In this document: positions 13,760 to 25,083 of the stretch, piece after piece
Layout: every line of letters begins with the position of its first letter
How positions within the stretch are numbered: position 1 is the first letter of the stretch
NCBI RefSeq assembly: GCF_006345805.1
Contig: NC_043001.1
Location: 9,238,001 to 9,302,000 of the forward strand
DNA: 64,000 nucleotides
Reading direction: 5' to 3'
From: Octopus sinensis
Lineage: Eukaryota
Notes under the pieces: model-generated
Database searches by the model: none
What the model saw: the letters and a program-made list of their open reading frames with translations, nothing else
What the model was told of the DNA's origin: nothing
Made by a program: the position numbers and the translations under genes

Positions 13760-14700
13760 GTGAGTTGAGCCTATATGGCGCAAAGAAACGAAGAGAGAAG
13801 ATTAATTATTATTCACGTCGGAAGCGGGAGACCGGGTGACCCCTGTGCAGAGACAGTCCGAATACAGAATGATGTTGTAGCAAATGACCGGTAGCGCGGA
13901 AGTGGCACGTGACCGGGGTGTCATTGACGAGTCTAATGTCTCGGAGTTGCGCCGCGAACTGGTCAGCCAAGCGGTGTCTCTATTGACCAATATACAGGGA
14001 AATACAGAGATAGAGAGTGAGAGAGCAGAAAATGTAGTAAATAGCATTACTAGAGGTGCAGCTAAACGAGTAGGTGACGTGATAGGGACTGTGATGGGTG
14101 CCAGGTTAGGAGGTTAAGGTAGGGAAGAAACTGTGGAGTAGGTCACGTAGGCTCGTTTGAAGGGGAGTTAGGGAAGATATGCGCGGTGGAGGGATCGGAT
14201 TGAAGTCGCCGGAAGGCTCGAAGAATGGTGCGTAGGAGGGGTGGGAGGTGAAGAGAAACGGGAGAAGGGTAAGGGTGGGGCGGGTGCGATGAGAAAGAAC
14301 AGAAGTGTGGGGTCCACAGATCGTGCCCGGACAAGGGCAGTGTGGATAATTTTGAGGGGATATCTAGGTAGGATGAAGCGACGAGCTATGAGCGGAGACT
14401 TGAGTCTCAAAGCCATGGTCGTCATTGCAGAGCCTGCATAGAGGAAGAATTTGGGAATAGGGGATGGAGAGTTTGATGTAGGCAGGTTGGGAAGATGAAG
14501 AAGTTAAGATAGGAGTGGATGGAGGTAGTGAGAGCAGAGTGGTCCATGCAGACAGAAATGTCGAGAAATTCGACGGAAGAGTTTGAGATGGTTAAGGAGA
14601 ATTCGAGAGTAGGATGGAAGTATTAGACAAAGGAGAGGACAGAGGGTGAGGTTGCGCCGATACAGTCATCGATATAATGACCGTATAATTCGGGAGGGTG
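13760..14700 (-). mobile_element. Decayed Penelope-like retroelement (RT C-terminal half + GIY-YIG endonuclease)
   Basis: Minus strand: YIDD (14665-14676), HPTLEFSLTISNSSVEFLDISV, then FSCTSSNAIYYIFC..LYIGQ*RHRLADQFAAQLRDIR..E..LIFSLRFFAPYRLN; many frameshifts and stops. Confidence 0.85.
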
Positions 14701-15504
14701 ACCAGTGAATTGTTAGAATATTTGGGCCTCAACGTAGCCAACAAACGGGTAAGCATAACTGGGGCCCATTCTTGTTCCCGTGACCTCTCCCCTACGAACG
14801 AGATACGGTTCTTCAACAAAATTTAGCAAAAACTATATTCACAGTAACTTCGAAATTTCGGCTTGCCAAGACTTCTTTGGGCAGACCGATGATGGCTTCT
14901 ATATATGATGCATGCATATGATTTACATCAAAGTACATGGCTTGATAGTCAGGATGTCGGTTCAAATGGTCATAAGATCATGGGTTCGATTCCCGATGCG
15001 TTGTTCCATTGAGCAAAGTGCTACCTATTGCTTCAGATTGCGCACCTGAGACAAATTACCAACAGGGACAGCTCTTTCTTACCTCTCTTTCCTTTCTCTT
15101 TTTCTTTCTCCCCTCTCTCTTTCTTACGAACTGCTTATTTTCAATATGTCGCTAGGTCGATGGTAGGAAGTACGAGAAGATGTCTATGTCACTCGACTAC
15201 AAACCCTTTCTAAACAATTAGCAAAAGTATGATACAAGCCATCACGTCATACTCGCTTGCGAGTGGTTGCTAAGCAACTTAACTTTAGCAGAATAGTTAG
15301 AATGCTGGGAAAATGACTTTCAAGCATTTCTTTTGCTCCTTTAAATTCAAATCCCACCAAATTCAATTTTACCATTTATTCCTCAGAGTTCATAAATTAA
15401 ATTAGTATTTAAGAACTTGTCTATCGATTTATCCCTGCCCTCAAAAATGATGCCTTCTTATCTACGAGGAAGTGTTTACATGTTCTTGGCTTTGGGTAAA
15501 AAAA

Positions 15505-15660
15505 AATATACAGAAGGATCAGTATATTATGATTTTAGTCAACATATTCCCCTCTCAGATTCCCACACTTATTGCAGCGGTCCTTCAGTTTTTCTAAGCC
15601 CTGCAAAAGAACTCGGAGTATTGGGCCACAAACCAGATAATTTGCAATACCCTAAAAGCC
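15505..15660 (-). mobile_element. Mariner transposase C-terminal fragment
   Basis: LQGLEKLKDRCNKCGNLRGEYVD* matches the mariner C-terminal pattern G..KL..R..KC....G.YV. Confidence 0.6.
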
Positions 15661-17947
15661 AGTAGCTTTTCAGCAAGCCCAGGTAAATCCATCCATATTT
15701 CTCTGTGTGAGTAAGTATATGTGTATGCATGTATGTATTGCGTATACGTATGCACATACGTATACGCATATGAACATTTCTATGCATACATAAAAGCGAA
15801 TTATGCAAGTGTGGCATCATCCAAGTCTTTCACTTCATGTATTTGCACTCTGATACACAGCTGGGGTTAGATGTTTCTATGTGTATATGTGTTGATGTAT
15901 ATAAATAGATGGGAACTTTTGAGTTGTAAATGTTTATAATGCATCATTTTTCTGTGTGCGGTATATTTCAAGGTCTGGCTTAGTTTCACGGTTGAGTGAT
16001 TTCTACCATCACAAAATTCTCCACTAATAAAATTACCACAAGAATGAATCGATTTAACTTAGAAATTCAATAGCAGCTCCTCGGCTTCAGCTAACACCTC
16101 AACACCCTAACCTAGAAATGTGAAAATATATGATAAATCATATCGTTTTTAATTCAATTTTACTTTTGCACAGATTCTGTAACATCGAGGTTCTATTAAC
16201 CCGCTTACGGGCAACTCATGTAATTGAAAGTAGTTTCTCGTAGTCCCAGAAAGAGACGGTTCAGTAGTTTGGTGATAAACAACCTGCTCAAAGGATTTTT
16301 TCATGGTGATCGAATATATGTGATGTCCATCAAGTCAACGTTGCCTGAAAAAGCCGAACAACATGAGGTGAAGGGTTTTGCTCAAGATTGTAACGCACCA
16401 CCCAGTCCAGGAATTGAAACCACAATCTCGCAATTGTGAGTGCAGCATCCTAACCACCAGGTCATGAGCCCTCACTAGCAGGAAAAGCATACAACCAACA
16501 TTTCCACCGGAGTACTTTCAGTCTGCTGCCATTAATAGTCTAAGAGATTTCGAGGTCATTTTCCATTTCTTTTTATAGGAAAATGTGTGATTGTATGCGT
16601 TTGTGTCTGTGTATATATTATGCCGTAAACGATGTGTTTGTTTATACAAAATGTTAATTTAAGCATGTAAAGAAAACAATGGTTACACTACATGTTGTTA
16701 TCTTCTCGCGGGAAGAGAACATTTCAAGTATCTGATCGATTTTGACTTGTTTTAATTTCTACAGAAAAATAATTTCCCAGCGAAAACAAAAAGAGTAGCT
16801 TTTAAAGTTGCGGGGTTTATACAATCATTTACAGCTAAACTGCTTCGCCTAATTTGCACGAGAAGACATGACATGATGATATGTGTAATTAAGTAATTAT
16901 TAATGGTGGACTCTCAGAACTGATACTGCGCCAGACAAAACTGTTTAACTGCACGTCTGCTGGCGTTTTAAGTTTTGATTTCAAATCCAGCCAAGGTCAA
17001 CGTTGTCTTTTGTCCCTTCGACATCGAGGGAATCAAGTAGGAACCAAGTACTCAGAGTGATGCAACCCACTTACTCATCCCGTCAAAATTGCTGGCCTTG
17101 AGCCCTACAAAGGGTCAGTGTCCAGCCAGATGGAACGTTGTGAGCTCAGCCACATACACCCAATGGAAACCGAGTAGCCAGCTTTAAATGTCTTTCGGCT
17201 CAAAAAAAATTTTTTAATGCACTTCACAGTCTCTAAGTATTATATTTATAAACTTTTGTAATTTAATTCGTAATGTAAGAATTGAATTTTATTTCATTTG
17301 TTAGTAAACCATTCTAGCTGCAGTGTAAACGTGCATAAATAGATATACAGCTAAGAGCATTTCTTTTTATATTCTGTATAAATGTGTATGTTTAACCTCT
17401 CCGGGGACAAAGGACAGACATACTTCAAATGAAGAAGAGGAAGAAGTAGGTTAGAAAGGAATTTGATCAAATCTAGTAGTTTTTTTTTTTAAATATGAAA
17501 TAGAGAAATGAAAATAAACAGTAGCTACAAGTTTCACTTTTCCCAGCAAAGTAAACATTTTATGATGCTAAAAATTCTTCGGTCCTTTTAGTATCGAAAA
17601 ATGCTCTGTTGTCGATTATCAATAAACTTATAAAATAACCAGTCATGTGAGGGGTAACACCCTAATATATGTGTTTGCATGCTTATGTGTGTATTTGTGT
17701 GTGTGAGTGTGTTTGTATGATTTATATGTATGTAAATACACATACACAAACACATATGTATATATATATATAAACAATAATAAATCTTTGAACGAGATAT
17801 AAACAGTAACTGCTCGACAACGTAAGGGGTATCAGCCATCTGAATGTGGCTAGGGACTGGGCGGGGTGGTGGGGTGTTACTGATGCTTTTAGCCCCAGGC
17901 GATCAACGTCACCAGAAGGACTGACACTATCTCAGTGTCCTTGTTTG

Positions 17948-18016
<69 letters not shown>

Positions 18017-18239
18017 TATGTATATATATATATATATGTATATATAATATATATATATATTATATATATATGTATATATATAATATATATATATATATTA
18101 TATATATATGTATCAATATATGTATATATGTATCAATATATGTGTATATATATTTTTTATTTGTTTCAGCCATTTGATTGCGGCCATGCTGGAGCACCGC
18201 CCTAAGTTGAACAAATCGATCCCAGGACGACTTTTGGAC

Positions 18240-19055
18240 GGCGAAACCTTTGAAGCAGTATCACAATAGGGGTCCGATGTAAGAGTTACTGTAACACCTT
18301 TTTCTCTGAAAATATAAGGACCCCACACGCCAAAATCACCCATGGCACACCAGACGGTAACCTTCGCACTGTCGTGTGGCTGTTCGTGGAGTTCACGATG
18401 GTTATTGTCTGACCAGTAACGAAAGTTTTGTTTATTGACCATCCCCGATAAATGGATGTGCGCTCCATCACTGCAGACCAGAACAGCTGTTGGGAGGATG
18501 GTCTGGAGAACGTCTCGACACAAATCTGGGCGGGTTTAGTGATCCCTCTCGCTTACATACCGTACAATCATTATCTTGTAAGGATGCATGTGAAGAAACC
18601 TGCGGACACTTCGATTGGACATGTGTAAGGCAGAATCGTGGTTTCGTGCGAAACGTCTGGGAGATTGTTGTATTGAAGCTGCTACAGCTACGACATTTTC
18701 TGGCCCTGTAACGGTCCTAGGACAGCCAGGACTTTTCCTGATTAAAGCCGATGATGTTTGTTTACAGTTGGAAACTCTCTGACGAATTGTTTTTCCATCC
18801 GGTACGGGATTATGACGACGAAGCGCAAAGGGTCTTCGGAAGGAATGTTGCGCCGTTACGACTGATTCACCGTTCTTGACAAACTCTTCAACAATAAATG
18901 GACAATGATATCCACTCCAGGCCATATTGACTAACACTTGAAACAGAATCAAAAATGGCATTTAATGTACTTCATAGAAATTCAAAGTCTTTTCAGGCAT
19001 TTTATGTGTTTGTATTTTATTAACCTTTGAAATCGGGGTGACCTTTCTGCCGTAA
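18240..19055 (-). mobile_element. Decayed Tc1/mariner-superfamily transposon
   Basis: ORF 18536-18961: N-terminal HTH (FIVEEFVKNGESVVTAQHSFRRPF..PDGKTI..RKSPGCPRTV). ORF 18113-18523: catalytic part (SDGAHIHLSGMVNKQNFRYW..KVTVWC..GPYIF). Frameshifted; TIR-like end at 19030-19055. Confidence 0.9.
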
Positions 19056-19287
19056 TCTGTACTTAGCTTTTACTTGTTTCAGTCATTTGGCTGCGGCCAT
19101 GCTGGGGTACTTCCCTGAAGAATCTTACTCGAACGTATCAACAATTGTACTTATTTCTTTTTTAAGCTTGTTACTCTTGTTCAGTGCCTTCTGTCACGTG
19201 GTTAAGTTACGGGACGTAAACAAACTAACACAGCTTGTCAAGCGGTGGTGAAATACAAACACAGACAGAAAGAAAGACATTCGCATG

Positions 19288-19344
<57 letters not shown>

Positions 19345-19989
19345 GTTAATAAAATAGAACATATGCATATATATAAACATATATGTACGTACCTACCTCT
19401 ACATGTACATATACACGCATATATGAGTACAGGACACCAAAAAGACGTCGAACACATAGAGAGACGAAACACATAGACACAAACCAAGGAACAAGACAAG
19501 CAAAAAAAAAGGAGAGATACAGGACAATAAGCACAACGAAAAATCCCCTTCTTCAGTCGCTAAGATTTCATCTACTAAACGTTTCGAAGGATAAAAGCGA
19601 GACGTATACTTCGAAGAAAAATTCCTTCCCGCGAAAAGCAAATCAATTAAAATTCTGAGATCTTTTCGCAGAGGGGTAAAAAAAGCAAGACGGTAACGAC
19701 AGTACAAACATATAAACAGTAAAAAATATATATATAAACAGTGGAAAAATAAATATATAACAGTGAGAGACAGGACAAGGAGAACAAGATAAGAAGGGCT
19801 GTTAACGCCAGACGAAAAAAGTATTGCAAACGCTGGATTATCGTGGAAGACGAGAGAGGGAAAATTTGTCGACCAGAAGCCTTACAAGGCGGGCGAGAAA
19901 AGACAGGATAGCAGTTACGACGGAAGTATCGTCGCAGATGGATGACGGGAATGGGGGAGGAGGAGCAAGAGGAAGAGAGAGAAGAAGGG

Positions 19990-20200
19990 GAATGGTCATA
20001 TATATATATATAAAACTTGGGGTTCTTCCAGTTTCCATCTCTGAAATCCACTCACAAGGCACTGGTCTGCCCGAGGTTACAGCAGAAGCTATTTAAGCAA
20101 GGTGCCACGCAGTGGGACTAGCCCTGGAAACACGTGGTTGGGATACAAGCTTCGTACCACACAACTCTGCTTGCATCTACAAATAAGCACGTGTGTGTAT
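19990..20200 (-). mobile_element. SINE A, 5' half
   Basis: Reverse complement of head and body (AAATCCACTCACAAGGC..CCACGCAGTGGGACT). Confidence 0.7.
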
Positions 20201-20409
20201 ATTTATACACACATACATATATACATACAGACACACACATATATATATATTTATATATACACACACACAAACATATATATACATACACACACTCACGCAT
20301 ATATATTTATATATATATACACATATATACATATATATATATTACATACATACATATACGTATGTATGTGTATGTATGTATGTATGTATGTATGTATGTG
20401 TATGAGTAC

Positions 20410-20442
<33 letters not shown>

Positions 20443-20528
20443 TACATATATATATATATACATACATACATATACGTATGTATGTGTATGTATGTATGTA
20501 TGTATGTAGTATGTATGTATGTGTATGA

Positions 20529-20559
<31 letters not shown>

Positions 20560-21976
20560 GACGCTGATGCATATTTTCTATGGCAACAATGATAAAGATT
20601 GCCTTAATTGCATATCAGATGTATTCACATTAAATTTCTATAATACACCCAGCGCGACAATATTCTTCTCTATTTATTTTTAATTTCCTAACTACGTTAC
20701 TATATATTATATTAAATTTAATGCTGAGCTAATCGAAAAGTACTCGTAAACCTTCCTGTCAACTTGAACGGATTCTATCGCCGGGAGGCAGTTTTTGTCC
20801 CTTTGAGAAAAGCAGCATAAATACAGAATACAAAACGCATATTCTAAATTTATCACAGAATTTCATCATTTTTGCGATCATACTTGTATTGCGATCATTT
20901 AAATAAATGAAAAACATAGATATAAATATAAAACCGAAAAGTACACACGTCATATATGCAAGAGTTATTAATTCAAAAACATAGCCTTAGGCTTCGCTTC
21001 AACAATGGAGAGACGCTGAACTATTCTAACACAAGTTGATAATTTCAATGCTTTTGTTATGAAATGTTATTACAATTTGTTCTCCCACGCTGCCTTCATC
21101 TGTTCATTTTATATTGATGTAGTAGTACAAGGAGGATGCGAAAGAAAATTTCCCAACGTTGATATTATTTACTACCATTTAAGCATAGCCGAACAAAGAG
21201 AAGATTAAAACACCATAAACTTGGGTTTCCTACAAGGAGAGATATTAATGGCCACCACGTCAGACATAACTTGACAGCAAGCTATTGTAGATTGTCGTGA
21301 TTTTGTCACACAGATGTATCTATTTACATCAATTAGATGGTGATTAGTGTCGGAATAATAACTTCTAATTTAGGCAAAATGCGAGCGGTTTCGAGGAAAG
21401 AATGCCATACAATACCATTCGCCCTAGTTCTCGATTAGTTCTTTAATTTGTTTGACCCACATGAATAAAAGATAAATTCGACCCCAGTTGGATTTGAACT
21501 CGGAACGTAAAGAGCGGGATGACATACAGCAAACCGGATTTTCGGTGTAAAGTCGTATGGCTTAGTACAAATTCCGTTTACGATTGCAAGGCCATGGTTT
21601 CAATGTCCAGAGGAAGCGATGTGTTGTGTCATTAAACTAAACTCTTTTATTTCACGTTTATCCATTTCAGTCAGCTGTAAAAGAATAAGCCGAGGGCGGA
21701 TCAAGTTCCCAATCAGTGGTTATGCCGTGATCACAGTGAATTATACGTCACGGAAACCGATTACTCGATCCTACGAATACTTAGTCTGAAAACGTCTATG
21801 GATTGATGATGATAATGTTGATGGTGATGCTGCTGCTGCTGCTGGTGATGATGATGGTTGTTTTGTCATTTTCTCATGACTCTATTGTTTCAGAATAATA
21901 ATAACGGGCTGACAGCGCTAAGCAGTGATGTGTATAAATACAGACCTGTTACCACAGTTCTATAATTAAAAGATGA

Positions 21977-22248
21977 GAATTTATTTATATCATTTACATT
22001 TGACGGATATTTGTCCTCATTTTGTTTCTTGTTAACACAACGTTTCGGCTGATATACCCTCCAGCCTTCATCAGGTGTCTTGGGGAAGCTACGAAGCATA
22101 TGCCCGTGGGCATATGGCGTAGTGGTTAAGAGCGCGGGCTACTAACTCCAAGATTCCGAGCTCGATTCCTGGCTGTGACCTGAATAATAATAATAATAAT
22201 GATAATAATAATAAAATCGAAAATACCTTAGGAATGAGAACCCAGGTA
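21977..22248. mobile_element. SINE family D with 5' inversion
   Basis: 21977-22087 is the 3' part (hammerhead + AATGTAAAT tail) on minus; 22101-22248 is the head + (AAT)n + linker on plus. Confidence 0.8.
22034..22079 (-). ncRNA. Type I hammerhead ribozyme motif (dimer-type, palindromic ACGU stem III)
   Basis: GACAC-CUGAUGA-A-GGCUG(GAGGGUAUAU)CAGCC-GAAA-CGU-U/GUGUU; stem I GACAC/GUGUU; one extra A after A9; predicted cut between 22039 and 22038. Confidence 0.7.
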
Positions 22249-22667
22249 TTGATGCAAATCTATCTAATTATTTGTCTCCTAAAATCAGGCATAACTTGGT
22301 GATCGGTCGACATACAACACCGTTCTGCGTCTTGAGTTTACTTGGTAAAATGTGTTTGTTAACTTGACAACATGGTCAAGGTAAGCTCTGATTGGCTGTA
22401 TTCAAATGAGACAATTACTGGGGTCCGAGGTCCGGAAGTCACGCGAGAAAAGACTTTCGTCTTCCGCTCTGGCATATTTTATTCCTCACTTTATCGCTCG
22501 TTGGTTCTTTTAACCTAGTTCTTGAATTGTTTGTTTTCTCTTTTATTAATTTATTTCTTTTTATTTTAATTTTTAACTTCTGGATAAAAATTTTAACTTC
22601 TGAATAAAAATTCACTTGAACTCTCCGCTGTGGCACCAATGTAACTTTAATTTCAATAAGGTAATAT

Positions 22668-22755
22668 CAGCCTGATGATTAGCTACGTTGAGCATAGCTC
22701 ATTGCGTAACTATCACATCATTAGCTTCAGCTGGCTAAGAAACATATGTAGCATG
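22668..22755 (+). ncRNA. Type I hammerhead ribozyme motif with long structured stem II
   Basis: CAGC-CUGAUGA-UUAGCUA..UGGCUAA-GAAA-CAUAUGU-A/GC(A)UG; stem III ACAUAUGU palindrome; GUA triplet; stem I weak (4 bp with a bulge). Confidence 0.6.
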
Positions 22756-22844
22756 CGGTTTACTTGTTCAACTCCCCCAATTTGAATTTCATTCGCAATT
22801 TAGCAGCTTTAGTTGCTAACTATGAGCTATATAGAAACTATGAG

Positions 22845-23260
22845 GCGCAGGAGTGGCTGTGTGGTAAGTAGCTTGCTAAACAACCACATGGTTCCGGGTT
22901 CAGTCCCACTGCGTGGCATCTTGGGCAAGTGTCTTCTGTTATAGCCCCGGGCCGACCAATGCCTTGTGAGTGGATTCGGTAGACGGAAACTGAAAGAAGC
23001 CTGTCGTATATATGTATTGTATATATATGTATGTGTGTGTTTGTGTGTCTGTGTTTGTCCCCCTAGCATTGCTTGACAACCGATGCTGGTGTGTTTTTAA
23101 AGTCCCCGTTACTTAGCGGTTCGGCAAAAGAGACCGATAGAATAAGTACTGGGCTTACAAAGAATAAGTCCCGGGGTTGATTTGCTCGACTAAAGGCGGT
23201 GCTCCAGCATGGCCGCAGTCAAATGACTGAAACAAGTAAAAGAGTAAAAGAGTAAAAAGA
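22845..23260 (+). mobile_element. SINE A, full length, young
   Basis: Nearly identical to 5399-5822. Confidence 0.9.
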
Positions 23261-23554
23261 GTTATCGAATGTCCTCGTTATGACGATATGGGGAAAAAAC
23301 GTGTAACTTTCAATGCAAATAAATTGTTATTCTATCTTGTTTTACACTATCCACTGTTTGTTCTCTTTACTCACTATTTGAAGCTTACCATCACGTAAGC
23401 TCGGATCCCTGGATCGTATTCTTACATATATACATACATATATATGTATCTCAGTATGTATACGTGTGTGTGTAGGTGTGTACATATATGTACAGAAAAA
23501 ATTGTAACAAATCCAGAAAGGAAATAATATGGAAAAATACATATATATATATAC

Positions 23555-23893
23555 TCTTTTACTCTTTTACTTGTTTCAGTCATTTGACTGCGGCCATGCT
23601 GGAGCACCACCTTTTAGTCGAGCAAATCGACCCCGGGACTTATTCTTTGTAAGCCCAGTACTTATTCTATCGGTCTCTTTTGCCGAAACGCTAATGTGAC
23701 GGGGACGTAAACACACCAGCATCAGTTGTCAAGCAATGCTAGGGGGACAAACACAGACACACAAACATATACACACACACTTATATATATATATATATAT
23801 ATATACGACAGGCTTCTTTTCAGTTTCCGTCTACCAAATCCACTCACAAGGCATTGGTCGGCCCGGGGCTATAGCAGAAGACACTTGCCCAAG

Positions 23894-23895
<2 letters not shown>
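23555..23895 (-). mobile_element. SINE A, 5'-truncated
   Basis: Reverse-complement tail (CTCTTTTA)n to ACACTTGCCCAAGA. Confidence 0.85.
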
Positions 23896-23924
<29 letters not shown>

Positions 23925-24399
23925 AGAAATAATATTAGAGTAATACGAATTATAGAAATTTTTTATTACCAGTGGCCTAGCGCAAAAAATTTAGTCAATA
24001 GACTAAATATTATTCATATAAAATGTCGTGTACATTAAAACACATTAAGAGGCTTCCATCATAGTTAGGGTTAGGGGTGGAAAGAAGGGTATCTTTGTTT
24101 CTTCAGAAATGTAAATAAACCCAATCTGTTTCTTAAACGAGGGACATATTCATACGACACAGAATGTTTTCACCTCAATAGACGTCATTGATTGGTTGAA
24201 ATTTCAGAAATTGAAGATAAAAGACAACAAATATCTTACAAACTATAGAATTTTCTCAATAAAGCCAAGAGAAAAAGATGTTTTATAAACAGATTCTACC
24301 AGTATACGAAGTTTTAAAGTGTTTAGTTACGTGGAAATTATTTTAAAAAACTGCCGTTCAATCCGAAAAGATCCGTTTTAATGTTCAGACTTTTAAAAC

Positions 24400-25083
24400 C
24401 AATTTTTTTATTTTGCTGTGTTTTCTGTTAACTCAGAGGGGAACGTGGCTTTCAAATCATGCCCCTCCCTCTAGAACATATTTAGACATTTTTCTACCTT
24501 CTCCTCGTTTACTCGCTCGATTTTTTCTTTTCGGCAGTATGTTTTAAACATAATTGTTTTTTTATTCTCTGTCAATAAAAGCTCTTCTGCGGGTTGAACC
24601 TTGACAACGCCGTCTTGAATTTTTATCATGTCTTTGTACATTAAAACGTCACTTTTCTTCGTCGACAGTTGGCGAGTTCTGTCTGCAGCTGCAGACGCAA
24701 AACTTCTTTTCTCTTTACCCTCCTCCGTTTGAAGTCTTTTCACTTCGACGCTCTTCCCTGCAACGTCAGTCCTCGACAGTGGTGGGAATTCGCTCTCGGA
24801 CGAATCCGTAACATCTTCCAACAATACTTTTTCCACTTTTCTGGCCTCCAAATCTGTCGAATCCTCGTCATATAAATACACAATTTTTGGCATCCTGCCA
24901 GTAAATAGTGTCTCCCCTACTGAGGAAAACACACACAATAGATTTCAAACAAAAACTATTATACAAATTTTAACAGCAATTAAAACAGGCAACAACACGG
25001 AAACAATCAACAGAAACTACACATACTATACAGACGCACTTCGGCAACAATACCAACACTTCCAACTCACACTGACGCAATAC
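24400..25083 (-). mobile_element. Tx1/L1-clade LINE copy B: 5' UTR and ORF1 N-terminus
   Basis: ORF 24471-24938 (MPKIVYLYDEDSTDLEARKVEKVLLEDVTDSSESEFPPL) is similar to 28097-28315 (MPKSSSSSWDESSMEREAKKIESLIFDNVSDVSESEFLAL). Confidence 0.6.

Noticed and set aside
24065-24076. TTAGGG x2 telomere-like motif
   Set aside because: Only two units, inside what looks like a dispersed repeat; not a telomeric array.
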